This document shows positions 1 through 16,946 of a stretch of 64,000 nucleotides of DNA, in pieces. Positions within the stretch are counted from its first letter, which is position 1. Each line of letters opens with the position of its first letter. A program made the position numbers and the translations under genes. The stretch is taken from assembly GCA_964016885.1 (NCBI GenBank), contig OZ024743.1:105710001-105774000 (forward strand), written 5' to 3'. Under the pieces are notes generated by a model, which ran no database searches, had not been told where the DNA came from, and saw nothing but the letters and a program-made list of their open reading frames with translations. The stretch comes from Eledone cirrhosa. Taxonomy: Eukaryota.

Positions 1-400
1 TTAATTTTGTATCAGTTTTGTTACTACTCAATTTCTACAAGTTTTTTTTTATTCTCAACTTATTAACCTGTAATTGTAAGATAGCATTGTGATTTTTTTA
101 ATTCATTTCTCACTATCTAATTCTCTATATTTTTTATTTATTTCTATTATCTTTTATTGTCTCCTACTCTCATTCGAATTACCTTTCCATAACATACCAC
201 CTCCATTTCATACACTATCCTTAGAATCTGCTGTATACATATCACTTTCAACGCTTGACCACTCCACTCACTCCCCTATTGTTCTACAGGCAAATTCAGC
301 CACCCCTACCTGCCACCAACTGCCATGATAGACTTATTTGTGTTTACAACACATTTTAACCAATTCTTTTGACAACTACAATCTTCTAATATAAGGAAGT

Positions 401-500
401 ACCCCCTTGACAAGATCGGTTATTTATTCACCAGGCTAAAATTCTAATTTAGTCCAGAAACGGCTTGAGCTCTGCCGTCGGGATCATACTTTTTCCTATA
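401..500 (+). ncRNA. Degenerate hammerhead ribozyme-like motif (family A, also at ~46.0 and ~48.6 kb)
   Basis: acccc-TTGACAA (decayed CUGACGA)-..-GAAA-cggc ttgagctct gccg-TC-ggga; stem III cggc/gccg, stem I cccc/gggg in the 46.1 kb copy; runs into (TA)n at 497. Confidence 0.45.
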
Positions 501-1160
501 TATATATATATATATATACAGTGGCGGACTGACCAGGTTGTCAGGTTGCCCAATGGCATGTGGGCCCTGGAGGGCTCACGGTAGAGTTGCATGAGCCCAC
601 ACTAGCATTGCAGGGCCCACTGTAATATTTTAGGGGCCAATGCATTGCTTTCAAATAATACCTGGAATCAAAGAGAAAGAATAATCTTTTTTTAAAATGA
701 ATAAAACAATTAAGGAAATCATTTGGTCAACCAATTCCCCAGGCAATTACTAGAAACTAAAATATATGATAGTGCAAATAGCTGGAATCGGTGGTTGTAC
801 ATTCTAGTAAATCTAAAGCTTAGTGTATTCATTCATGCATGCAAACATACATTTATAAACTGGGACACACAAGCATATATATGAACTACTGACCAAATAA
901 TATTTGGTATCAAAGGGTTAAAGACATCTGTCAAATACTTTAGTGGTGAAGGTGGTGTATATATGTATATAATAAGATATCTATGATTAGATAGAGAGAT
1001 GTATACACACAACCCCCCCCCCCCCCCACACACACATATATATATATATATATTGAGTGAGTGTGAAAGACCAAAGTTCAATATTGACTGTCTCTGGATT
1101 TCAGCAAAATACATATTTTTCTGTTTTTATTTTACAACCCATAAAAAAAACTGAAACATT

Positions 1161-1300
1161 GAGTTACGGCCCTTTACGATCTGAGTTCAAATCCTGTCGA
1201 GGTTAACTTTGCCTTTCATCCTTACGTAGTCGATAAAATAAAGTACCAGTATTGCGCTGAGATAATTGGTGGCTTTGTGCCAAATGTAAAAACAATTATT
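1161..1300 (+). mobile_element. tRNA-type SINE, 5'-truncated (main SINE family)
   Basis: B-box-like gagttcaaatcc, central gcctttcatccttacg..gtcgataaaataaagtaccagt, tail ttgtgccaaa..aacaattatt; about 10 copies in window. Confidence 0.85.
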
Positions 1301-2083
1301 ATACAAATATCCTAGTTATTATGATTGTTGATTTAGGAATACTATATATTTTTGTTGTAATTGGATGTATATATATCTGTATATATATATATTTGCTCTA
1401 CGGTTCTTATATATTTGATATATATTTATCCTTATCGAGCCCTCTTTGGATTTTAGTCTTCAAATTTATTATTATTACTATATCATATATATATATATAT
1501 AAACATATATATATGTGTGTGTATGTGTGCGTGTGTGTTTCAGTGTGTTTCTGTGTTCGTGTGACTGTGTATGTGCGTGTCTGTGCGTGTTTGTATGGAA
1601 AATAACTTTATTCCCATGGAGAGAAAATTAAATATGACAAGAACAATAGAAATAATCCATTGCCGCATTGACTGCTTCATGATTCAATATCATTCGATTG
1701 TTGTATTATCGTATACATGTATTGACTTTCATAGTTAAGACTCAGATATATTTATTAAGAAAATATAAATAGAATGTGAGTGGGCATTATAGAAACATTA
1801 TGATTAAAAAAATGAGTCGGAGTGTTAGTCTACTTATTATTTTGCTATATATATATAAAGTATACCACAACATATATACACCCAAAAATAAGTTAAATGG
1901 CGAAAATAAGTAAAAGGGTGGGCGGATCGTCAAACTCAATGCCCCAGTCTCAGCTGAGTAATATAACCTACTTAGAGGGGCGGAGACTGCCCCTCTCTCC
2001 ATTTCACCTACTTTCGTTATTTTGTTTTTGTTTACAGTATGTGTGTATGTGTGTTTAATTTTGACTTGGACAAATGAATTAGT

Positions 2084-2350
2084 AATAATTGTTTCTACTT
2101 TTGGCACAAGGCCAGCAATTATCCCAGTGTATCACTGGTACTTTAGGCAAAGTTAACTTCGGCAGGATTTGAACTCAGATAATAAAGGACCATAACTCTA
2201 TGCTGCAAACCATGGCGTCCGACCCTCTACCGATACTGCCAATCCACGCCGAGATTAACTTTGCCTTTCATCCTTACGGGGTCGATAAAATAAAGTACCA
2301 GTAATGCACTGTGTAATTGTTGGCCTTGTGCCAAAAGTAGAAACAATTAT
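2084..2350. mobile_element. Head-to-head pair of SINE copies (minus ~2084-2251, plus ~2250-2350) bounded by an 11-bp direct repeat
   Basis: Both SINE 3' tails face outward; attagtaataa at 2078-2088 and 2351-2361. Confidence 0.8.
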
Positions 2351-2941
2351 ATTAGTAATAAATTTGTAACTATACTGTTATGTGTGTGACTGTCTTTAGG
2401 GGAGACATTTTGATGGGTCTCTGTTTATACCTATGTATTTGGAGAAAACTATGGATTATATCCACCTTGCAGTAGGCGCAAAAGAACGAACGTTATGAGT
2501 TAGATGTTTAAGTACAAAAATTGAGTAATGTAGAGAGTGATATAATTTAATGAAAATTGGCGATTGAATCAGAGAGGAAAAAACGACAGCAGATGACGAG
2601 AATATATGTAGAAATGATGAATTAAATACGGTCTGTCTATGGTGTAAATTGTGTGTGACGTCGGGAAAAGGATGGTAAAATGTGTTAGAATTGTATTTAA
2701 AAAACAAAAATTATTATGATTCAACCCAATATATATATATATTGTCATACTTGGGGGGGGGGGGGTCATATTGTTGTAATAATATTGCCAGAATTAATAA
2801 CAGAACACACTCACTGTTTGGTTGGTTTTCGCTTCTGTATCTTTTATATCAGTTAATTTATTCGGTCCTCAATGTATACCATTGACTGAGCAACGGTCAA
2901 AAATTCAGATATACTATAGACACAAACACATATATATAGTC

Positions 2942-2985
2942 TAACAAAGTTCTTTCGTTGCACATCTGCAACATCGTCAGTGGTG
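2942..2985 (-). ncRNA. Minimal hammerhead ribozyme motif (family B, left arm)
   Basis: Reverse complement of the 3041-3084 motif. Confidence 0.6.
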
Positions 2986-3040
2986 CTATTATGTTTCCTC
3001 CTGTTGTATTGTATGTCTACAACAGCAGCAAACATAATAG

Positions 3041-3084
3041 CACCACTGACGATGTTGCAGATGTGCAACGAAAGAACTTTGTTA
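3041..3084 (+). ncRNA. Minimal hammerhead ribozyme motif (family B, right arm)
   Basis: cacca CTGACGA t gttgca-gatg-tgcaac GAAA gaac TT tgtta; perfect 6-bp stem II, imperfect stem I. Confidence 0.65.
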
Positions 3085-3320
3085 GACTATATATATGTGT
3101 TTGTGTCAATATTATTTCTGTGTTTTTTACCGTTGGTCAGTCAATCGTAAACATTGAGGACCGAATAAATTAACTGATATAAAAGATACAAAAGCGAAAA
3201 CCAACCAAACACTGAGTGTGTTCTGTTATTAATTCTGGCAATATTATTACAACAATATGACCCTCCCCAAGTATAACAATATTTGTTTCGACACACGATT
3301 TCATATCAAAAACCTCGCGA

Positions 3321-3373
<53 letters not shown>

Positions 3374-3378
<5 letters not shown>

Positions 3379-3735
3379 GTTGAATCATAATAATTTTCGT
3401 TTTTTAAATGCAATTGTAACTACGCACTTCAAACATTGTAATGGCAACCGGAAATTACCTGATTGGAGACAATCTCTCTTAATCATTCTTATTTCATTAG
3501 AGAAAGAGTTCGCGGCATAATTTAATTTATGATTTCCCGCCCCAAAATGGACGAACTGAAAGTGCATATTGAATACGTAATGTTCTGAGAGTTTAAGACT
3601 AATAAAAAACAATACAGAAACGGCTTAGAAATATTTCAGTGTTTATAGCTAAGGCGTCATTAATGTTCGCCAAGTCCGAAACTGGTTTTCGATGTTTCCT
3701 TCTTGGGATCCGTCATTGAGAGATGAACCCAAAAC
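3374..3735. mobile_element. Mariner-like MITE remnant; a related end lies inverted at ~2690-2731
   Basis: Starts tattgggttgaatc, ends gatgaacccaaaa (imperfect TIR), TA flanks; first ~40 bp match 2690-2731 in reverse. Confidence 0.45.
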
Positions 3736-3741
3736 ATATAT

Positions 3742-3849
<108 letters not shown>

Positions 3850-3887
3850 CATTATAAAGAAAGAAGAAACATTAGATATAAATAAGA

Positions 3888-3955
<68 letters not shown>

Positions 3956-4870
3956 CTTGTAAATAAATAAAACATCTAATATCTTAGTCTTTTTTAATAC
4001 ATTGTTGCTTCTTATTAAATGATGGAATTTTCACGTGGTCAGCAGTTCTGATTTAAGCTGTATCATTAGCGTTATATAGAAAGAGAGGAATGTTCCCAAT
4101 GACGCTTGATATAATTGATTGCACTTCTTTTTTTTATCCAATGCTATATGATAGTTCAGGAAACATTTGAAAAACAGAAATAAGTGATAGAAAAAAAGCA
4201 AGATACAGAGAGTTCGAAGACGAATATCAGTTTACGTTTTTAATTAATTTATGATTCGATGGGAATGAAACTAAGTAAATTTATACCAACAAATTTGTTG
4301 TGATGTGCGATAATATGGCAGATTAAAGACAACATTTAAAAGTGCAAAACCAAGGCAAAAGAAAAAAAGAATGGAAAAAAGAATGGAAGAAGGAGAGATT
4401 GAAGCACCGCTGATATTTTAATATATTTACTTGTTGTCGAGCGTACAAATTAAGTTATTCTGGTGTCTAATGACTCATATCAATTCCTCATTGACTGCGT
4501 CTAAACGTAGTAGTTTGCATAATTTTAAATTATATAAAATATAATTATATTGACAATAAAAACAATACGTATATATATAAATATGTATAATGACAAAAAT
4601 TTAACGACAGTTTGTGGTATGTTGCAAGATAACATCCAATATTGAAATCTCATCGCCTGTATAATTTGGAATGAATAATCAGAAACTTATTAGAATATAA
4701 TAAAATATTATGGTCTTTAATTATGTGTGGAACGGATACCCTGAGAATAAACTATGAGCATGAATATTTACACATATTTGTGTTCTCTCGCTCTCTTTCT
4801 CTCTTACTTTATATATATATATTTATATAAACACGTACTCACACATGCACATGTATAAGTATATATATAT

Positions 4871-6276
4871 CAACTTTTTCAATCACATACATTTTTATTT
4901 GTTTGACCCGAATTACGTGGTCGTTTTTGTGGCTGTCCGGATGATTGTTTAATCATCGTCTCAGTGTGTTTGGCCTTTAACGTATATTGTAGCTCTGGTT
5001 TATCTTAATCATTGAGCGCTTGCCACACATCTCGGAAGTTGTTTTTCGTTAATTCCTAAGCCGAAATACGATTCTCGCTAATTTATATTTGTATTAATCT
5101 CCAGAGTCTAGCTATTGACCAGTTAATTTTCTTGATTTGTTTAGTTGATTCTATTGACTGATGAATAGCTTATGTTAACTTATAACCATTCTGTTGAGAG
5201 CTTAATTCGTTTTGTGATGTTTTGCATTCTTGCAATAATATACACATACTGAATTCATCCGCCTAAAATAATGGTTGCCTCCCTTGCCGAGCCCCACGTG
5301 GGGTCGGTAACGGTCATTCCTTAAATTAGCACTCGAACTAAAACCTGTTGAAAAAGTGGCTTCCTTGTTCAATCATATTACCAGAAGTCTAACATTATTT
5401 GTGTAAGCGGCCAGTACTTGATTTAGGAGTCGCAGAAACCCAACTGCTGGATTTTACCAACCATCCAGGGGTCCGGGCAAATTTTTTCAATCACATATAT
5501 TTTTATTTGTTTAACCCGAATTACTTGGTCGTTTTTGTGGCTGTGCGGATGATTTTTTAACCATCGTCTCAGTGTGTTTGGCCTTTAACGTATGTTGTAG
5601 CTCTGGTTCATCTGAATCAATGAGCGCTTGCCACACATCTCGGAAGTTGTTTTTCGTTAATTCATAAGCCGAAATACGATTCTCGCTAATTTATATTTGT
5701 ATTAATCTTCAGAATCTAGCTATTGACCAGTTAATTTTCTTGATATTTTTAGTTGATTCTATTGACTGATGAATAGCTTATGTTAACTTATAACCATTCT
5801 GTTGAGAGCTTAATTCGTTTTGTGTTGTTTTGCTTTCTTGCAATAATATACACATACTGAATTCATCCGCCTAAAATAAGGGTTGCCTCCCTTGCCGAGC
5901 CCCACGTGGGGTCGGTAACGGTCATTCCTTAAATTAGCACTCGAACTAAAACCTGTTGAAAAAGTGGCTTCCTTGTTCAATCATATTACCAGAAGCCTAA
6001 CATTAATTGTGTAAGCGGCCAGTACTTGAGTTAGGAGTCGCAGAAACCCACATGCTGGATTTTACCAACCATCCAGGGTTCCAGGCAAATTTTTTCAATC
6101 ACATATTTTTTATTTGTTTAACCCGAATTACTTGGTCGTTTTTGTGGCTGTGCGGATGCTTTTTTAACCATCGTCTCAGTGTGTTTGGCCTTCAACGTAT
6201 GTTGTAGCTCTGGTTCATCTGAATCATTGAGCGCTTGCCACACATCTCGGTAGTTGTTTTTCGTTAACCCCTAAGC
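4871..6276. repeat. Tandem repeat, ~608-bp unit, ~2.3 copies
   Basis: tttttcaatcacata recurs at ~4875, ~5483 and ~6091 with near-identical following sequence. Confidence 0.92.
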
Positions 6277-6346
6277 CAATACACTTATGTGTACACACAC
6301 ACACGTGCACACAAACATACACATACACACACATACCCCCAGCACA

Positions 6347-7128
<782 letters not shown>

Positions 7129-7149
7129 ATGAATTATATATATATATAT

Positions 7150-8830
7150 ATTTTTTTCTAGTATATTTAAATTTATGAGATGAAAGAATGGTATTTAACT
7201 AATGTAATTGTTTCTACTTTAGGCACAAGGCCAGCAATAACCCAGTGCATTACTGGTACTTTATTTTATCGACCCCGTAAGGATGAAAGGCAAAGTCAAC
7301 CTCGGTGGGATTTAACTAATGTAATGGTACGCGATTGGGCCCACCCACAGCCCCGGCAGACAGAACGGAGAAGGCGTTTCCCCGGAGGACGGCAAGGGAG
7401 ACGCGCTGAAAAAGGCCCTCCAACTCGCGGGGCTCACACCTGCGGCTGGCCACCTCAGCGCCTATGGTGGTGAGTAAGGAGGTAGCCCTGGAGCCGAGGA
7501 CACCAGAAGTTTCCACTGCCAGGGGAACGACCGTAAACCTGTCGGACAGCGACCGGTATTTGAGGAGTTTGGCCATCTCAGCCCGACGTGCAGCAGAACC
7601 TTGGTCAGTCACAGACTGCACCAGGTTGCGGCTGCAGAAAGTGTCGGTGCAAGTGGCATCCCAGACGAGGGGTTTGCCACCGCGGAACAGGAAGATGGTC
7701 ATGCCATCTGGCCTTTTGCCGTCCCATCGATCCAACCCCACCGGCTCGAGCTGTGAAGGGAAGCCTGCAGCGTGAAGCCATGCTTAATGACCTCGTTGTG
7801 GGCAGTATGGCGTGGAATGCGGCCGGCACTGTGGCGACAGGAATGCGGGTGGAGGCCGAAAGAGTCCACGGTGGAACCGCAGCGACATTGGTGTGGCTGG
7901 CAGAATAGGAGGCCGAGCCTCAAGGAAACGCCGATTCGCAGGCTATGGTTGTCTAGCTGCGTACCAGCGGAGAAGGAGGGCAGCGCATGGAGCCAGGCAC
8001 CACTGTGGGGTTTGGAGGCCGCACGAAAACAAGCAAGGCGGGGCTGGTCGAGCTGGCGCGTGAGCCTGTCTGAGACCAGGCTGCACTGGATGGCATCCCA
8101 TGTGCGTTGGGGGGATTTGACGTCAACAGGGGGAAAAGGAGGGACGTCTACTGGGCTAAGTCCCAGCCGGTCCCACGTCTCACAGGCAGCCTCACGTTCT
8201 CTGAACACAGAGGGTTCTGTTGTGTTTTGAAGAACCCTTCTGACGAGGTTTCCGACGAAAGATACGCCGGCAAAGCTAGTGAGATCGGGGACCGGAGGCC
8301 TAGGCCGCCATACCTGACCGGTAAAGTGGCCTGTTGCCACCCTATGTCGTCAAACTTGACGTTGCATATCCCGTCGGCTGCTGCTCGGATACAAGTATCG
8401 AGGTCAGCGAGGAGAGATGTCTGGGTGTAGCATGGAGCGCTGCGGAGTGTATAGAGGAGCTTCGGCATGGCGAAGCAGTACCTCAGCAGAAAGAGAGCTG
8501 GGTGGCCGTCAATCAAGCCCAGTCGGCGCGTGAGAGTCTGGAGCTGTTGAAGCCTGGACCTGGTGGTGGAGCGGATCTCCGGCGGGTGGATCGGTGACCC
8601 GAGGATGAGGACATCCTCTTTGGGGGTCACCTGAATCTGGCGGAGAATGCACCGCACGTCCAAGACGGAGGCTGCAAAGCTCACAGCATCGAGGCTGACG
8701 TTCACCACCTCTGACTTGGACGAGTTGACCTGAAGGCCGATTCCAGCCAGGGCAGGAATCACCGATTGAAGGTCTTGGCAGACCGTCCGTACTGGCCGGC
8801 CCAACGTAGCATCATCCAGATACCAAATGT
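7150..8830 (-). mobile_element. 5'-truncated CRE-like non-LTR retrotransposon (RT C-terminal half + zinc knuckle + restriction-like endonuclease), frameshifted
   Basis: GC-rich; IWYLDDATLG at ~8801-8829, LPVRYGGLG, SGAWLHALP, CRCG..H..C..GR..RH, RPDG, WDATCTDT, PLAVETSG, RGNA across ORFs 8148-8804, 7699-8340 and 7316-7741. Confidence 0.88.
7204..7313 (-). mobile_element. SINE copy inserted in the CRE 3' end, with target-site duplication
   Basis: Reverse complement of the SINE 3' half; atttaactaatgtaat at 7193-7208 and 7310-7325. Confidence 0.85.
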
Positions 8831-11559
8831 TTTTCTTTTTCTTTTATATTCAATTATAATATATATTCATATATTTATATATAAGGCGCGTGAAAATAAT
8901 TTGAACCAATGGAAACTGGAGTCGTGATTTCCAAGACAGAAGCAACATTTCAAGATATTCTTTCTCTTTAGTGATTACCGTTATAGCTTCCTGAGAAGCA
9001 GGTCTATCTGTAACCATTACGTCCTCGATACTCCAATTTGAGTAATTTGTTGGATGCAATGTCGTCAGGAAAGAAGTCAACGGATTTTTTATATGAATCC
9101 TTCACTCCTCTCCTCTCAATCGGCAAAATTCTATAGGATTGCACTATAGTGGCATTTTCTCCGATCCGCAGCATATCAACTCTTAAATTCCCCTGATGTT
9201 GTTCTCCTACAATTCTATTGTACCTATACATTAATTATTTACTCCTCACATAATCCAAAACTGCACACTTGTATGTAAATAATACTACTTTTTATTGTAT
9301 CCTAGCATTCTCCACCAAAAGGTTTTTGATATTATTTTATTGACTTGAAGAAAAGGCCATATTAATGATTTTTGTAAATCCTCGCAGAACTGTATAACAT
9401 TACAGCTGAATAGTTTCATCATGACAACTGCATTATGGATCTTTATAGAGAAATGGTTTTAGAAACCATCTATCTAGGAGTGCAGGAATATCTTAGTGGT
9501 CTGTATGGAAGTAAAGCGGCATCACAATATGGATGCTGATCATATTAGTGTATATGACCAAGTCGGTAATTATATTTAAATATGACACGAGAAGAAGGAA
9601 TGTCATGTTAGATATGGTGGAAATATAGTATAAATCACCTCTGTGAGACTGTCGAACGATTGTGTTCGTGAGCGACCTCAAACCAATTGATGGAATGGTC
9701 GCCATTGTATATGATCTGAGATGTCTGTGTACTTATACATCAAGAGTATTGTTCAAAATATAGTTGTATACATCATTGTTGTTCTTACCTAAAGGCAAAG
9801 AACTCCACTCAAACGACAGTGTTGTTATTCGATAACTATGCCCCTCACAATTTTTACCACGTGTCAATGATAGAAATCAACATTTGAAAGTATAATCGAT
9901 GGAGATTCGGTGAAAATGTATTGCACGACTTTATTATCTGATTTAGATTCTAGCTAAAGTCAGCTGCGCTTTTTAATTCTTCCTGTATTGATAATATATG
10001 AAGTAATTAGATCAATAATATCGATCCCTTCCTCCCAATGAATATGAGTCTGTGTTTATGTTTGACATCAATATTTCCAGAGATCTATTGGCAAATAATA
10101 CGGCATAATTAAATTCAAGGTTTGTCTTCAGGTGTTATATGAATCAAGAACACCAGGTGAATTGGTGGAGCTGACCCTTTTGCTATTCAATAGATATATA
10201 AATTAGCGATACTAGAAGAAATTGACAGAAAGATACTTAATCGAACATGATTAACTCACTCAGTTTTATAGCTTCTCGCTAACCATTGGGCAATACTTAT
10301 GGAGATGCAAGTTATGATCGGTTAAAGCGCATTCCTATATTATATAGGAAATGTATGGAAATATACAATGCCTTGTGAATGCATTCTAAAATATATGGAA
10401 GTCCACTAAAAACATCACTCCTCAGAAAATAACGTGAACGTATATTTTCCCTTCTATGCCGTCTTCGTGTAATATGTAGCTAAATATTATTAATAAAAAT
10501 TGGAAGAACGAAGCTAAAAATGTTGCTCCTAAAACTTTAACAAATATCTTATTTGCCTTCTAACCAATATAGAAATAAAGAAACAAACATTATCCTTGCG
10601 TGAAAGCATTATTGCATTAACATAATCTGTAAAACGCAGGATAAAATGTCGTTGGTAATTCCAAGTCTTTTATTTTATGACCCACCAACTTGAGCTTTGC
10701 CTTTCATCCTATTGGAATTGATAAAATAAATACCAGTTAAATACTGAGGTTGCTATAATCGTTTGTATTGTGCAACATTACTGAGTTTCAAACCCTGGTT
10801 AAATATAAGAAATTTATGAATTGTTAGGATGTCTGTAGTAGGAGTAAATATTAAGGTAAATAAGATGAAAATCAATACCAGTCAAATAGTGGGAATTATA
10901 ACCGCAGCTATACAAATTATAAAATTAAGGGCCCTGAATATACTGTACATTTGTTGCTTCGTATTTATGGTAAAAATATAATGTTAATGGAAATATATGA
11001 GTATATTTGGTGCAAACAATAAATAAATATGTTGTTTAACAATCGCTGTTACCAGCATAAATCCTATTGAGGGCCGAACTAACATTTAATTGTTTGGTTT
11101 AGCAATGAAATAAATACCGGTGATAGAATAAGACTCATACAGCCAAGTGCACCCGCTTTGCTCGTAAAATTAGCAATATTGGTTGCCCGATGAAACCATT
11201 ATTAGTCATAAACATTCCGCCAGTCATAATTTTTTTGCACGTTTGTTAATGCCGAAGCAGAAAACATGCTCACACAACTAGCAATCCTCAACTGAATATA
11301 CTCACAATTGTCTTTTGTTGTATAGTTTTTAAATAGAAATTTTATACATCTCTTTCAATTCTCTGTAGGGGTTATCAATGTTTCAGGGATCTTAGTCAGG
11401 ATCCAAACAATAAGGTGTGAGCATTCCATTGATTTCTGTCACGGGGTTGTATATATAGATACGTATAATCATTGAGTTATATGTATGCGGATACACACAT
11501 GCGCATACACTCACATAAATATATATACGTACATATATAAGTATACAGACATTCGCATT

Positions 11560-13080
<1,521 letters not shown>

Positions 13081-14544
13081 TTAGTACATACATACATTCT
13101 TATGTCCTGTATATATACGTATCGGGTCGGTTTGTGTGTGTGTGAAGATTTGAATATAAATGAATCAACAAGTATAGGTTTACTTTGTTTAGGAGAATCA
13201 ATATTTTATACTGTCAAATACAGTGCAGGAACAATCAGAAATACAATAGAAATATGAAGTCAGTTGTATTATTATCCTGTCTCATATTATTTAAAACCAC
13301 CATGTTCCCATGTACGTATGTGTCAGCATTGGACTCACTCAGCTCTCTCTTCATCTGCTAGAAAATATACTTCCTATATCCCCTACGAAGAATTTCATAA
13401 CGCTTTGGGAAAGGGAATTTGCTTTTTTTATATTTTCCCTATATTTTAAATTGGGGAAGTAACGTAACGATAACCCTCTTCGGAGCCTCTCTAGTTAGTG
13501 GGTGAGAGATAAAGAGTAGAAATGTATCTCCAAACCTGAGACATTAACGGAATGTTTGCAAGTAAGTGAACTTCGATAAAATCGTATATCAACCAAGTAT
13601 ACAGCAGCGACATTTGAAATGAGAAACAAATAATTGGAGGAAATGACTCACGCCGTCTCCTTTACATAGTTCTTTGGACTTGTATGTACTTTATTGGCGC
13701 CGAAAGATTGAAAGACAGCCTTCACCATGGCCGATTTTGAACTTTCTTTAAAGTCTTAGACATTCAGCCAATTTGTTCTTTATAATTTTATAATGTTCAG
13801 GGAGGCAAACATATTAATTTGAAATTATCATGGGGGCAAATCAACAATAATTTATAATATTATGTTATTCAATGTATAGTACAAGCCGAAGTTTAGTACA
13901 GATATCTAATTATTTTGTAAAGTATCTTCCTTGTTCCTTCTGATTTTGTTGATATATATGTCAGAGTAAATCGCTAAGGATAGTAGAGCGTACACTTACT
14001 AGCGTGTATTAATGCAAACTGATACTATCTTCGACATATCCGCATGACAAATAATTACCTAAGAAGGCCAAACAATATCCCTTATAGTTTAGCTGATTAA
14101 ACTATTGGAAATTATGTTTCACCTTCACGCTGTCTATCATTTTAACGTTGGGGTATATTTCATGTGTCAGTATTTAAATTACACGTCTCAAACACTAGAA
14201 GGATTTAATGTTATCTACTTAGCAAGTTGACCACCCAGGGAGAGTCTATTTTCCCTTGAAGGTGTCTGTATGAAGATAGAGGAAGTCGTTTGGAATTATC
14301 TCATTTATTTGTCGAGAATATAAAATATCAGCTGTCTATTTATATTTGTCTGCGAATAATATACAATAACTGTTTAATGTTGAACGTATATTTGTTTTCA
14401 GCTTTAAAATATTCAACTTTGTTTTTGTTTTAGTGTTTTCTTTTCATGTAGTTATTCATGTTTCATCGAACATATTAGACGAGGATCCTACGTATACAGT
14501 CATTCCAGTCGTATTCATCTAACTCCATATGACCTCACATTTAT

Positions 14545-15360
<816 letters not shown>

Positions 15361-15414
15361 ATACATATATTATAAAGCTATGCTTGCAGCGAAATTATTA
15401 TTTCTTATATATAT

Positions 15415-15680
15415 ATATGAATTCAAAGATATGTTTAGAACCGATATCCACTCGTTTAGGAATAGAAAACTCAAGTTCTCAACATCTCCCGCGAACTATA
15501 TCATCCAACTAATAGAATCTGACACTAGTTACACAACCCAATGGAGTATAAGAGACAGAACAATCTCTTATAACTTTAAGAAGATGTGTCAATTATGTTT
15601 GATGGAAGCATATTATATTACTCATACGCATCATACACTTATTAAGAATGGGGCAGAAATTTTAATAAATTGCTAACCAG
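15415..15680 (+). pseudogene. Penelope-like GIY-YIG endonuclease C-terminal fragment
   Basis: FK..F...HSF..ST....I..L...Y..QWSI...Y..MCQLCLME resembles the end of the 25067-25762 ORF. Confidence 0.65.
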
Positions 15681-16301
15681 GCTTTTGGCTCAATGTAACC
15701 TTCTCATTCTCAACATTTTCTGTCCTCCCTCAACCATAAAATCCCTATTAACTACCTCTTATAGATTAAGCAGATTATCTAAGTCACTATTGCTCATAAT
15801 TAACTACTTAACTGGTACCAAACTATAGTCCACAACACACCACATAACATCTACTCTACCAGTGTCACTTAACTTGGCATGTTATAATTATTAAATACCT
15901 TTGCAAAAGTGGTTTTCAATAAATGCAACATAGTTACCTCCCTTAGATTATTACGTCCCTTTGTAACCGCCACTTTTATTTACAAATTGGGCCTTTTTGA
16001 ACTCATCATTCTATGTTATGCACTCTGACGTCCATTTGCCTCTCCTTAAAAGTTGGACTAACTTCAAATAACATCAATATAAATAATTCTTTCTTCTCTA
16101 AAGATTATATACTAAAATCCCCAATCACAATGTATATATGTGCGTACACGCACAAATATATGTGTTAACTCTTACTTGTTATTGTATATATGAAACAGTG
16201 TGTAAAATGTAAAGTTTGGGTTTCAATGCATTGCCTTTTCCTCCATTTATCCTGTTTATATATATATACGTGTACTTGTATGTGTGTGTGTCTGTGTCTG
16301 T

Positions 16302-16348
<47 letters not shown>

Positions 16349-16876
16349 TATATATATAAGGAGCGTACATGACAAAGTCAATGGAAAATAACAACTACGA
16401 AAAAACGGACAGTTCCATCTCCTCTGTCAACTTCTGGAAATCTGGAGCTTTTGGTGCAATCAGGTTGATAGCGGTCATTCATTTGGAGAAGTCGTTGGGC
16501 AATCTAGTTTTACAGGGCGTAGCGAGAAGGAAAACATATAGAAAACAGAGAAAAGGTAAATCAGAATACAATAAGGACAAAGAAGGACACTGAGGCATAG
16601 AACAGGTAAGAATATAGAACGTAGTAAAACAGACCGGGTGGTGTGATATCTATGACACTATAGTTTAAACAGAATGCTCGGATGGTTATGTCTCTAGAAT
16701 ATAAATTCAAAATAGGGATCGCAGAATACAAAGGGAATGGAAAGATGGAGAGTCCGTCGCCACAGTCAAAATTTACAAAATGGGACATGACAAAAGAGGT
16801 AGAGAAAAATTATGTCTTTGGGAAAATTACACATATATAGAGTGCGCAATGGCTTAGCCAAAGGTTATATATATAT

Positions 16877-16943
<67 letters not shown>

Positions 16944-16946
<3 letters not shown>

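Larger units (their letters stand above)
2740..3285. repeat. Inverted duplication (~250-bp arms) of a Penelope-like terminal repeat, family B
   Basis: 2740-2996 is the reverse complement of 3031-3285; same sequence recurs at 35940-36190, 37920-38000 and 41040-41220; flanked by (TA)n. Confidence 0.9.

Noticed and set aside
7464-8597. Plus-strand GC-rich ORFs (similarly 55013-55549, 59082-59624, 61020-62099)
   Set aside because: Antisense shadows of retrotransposon coding sequence.
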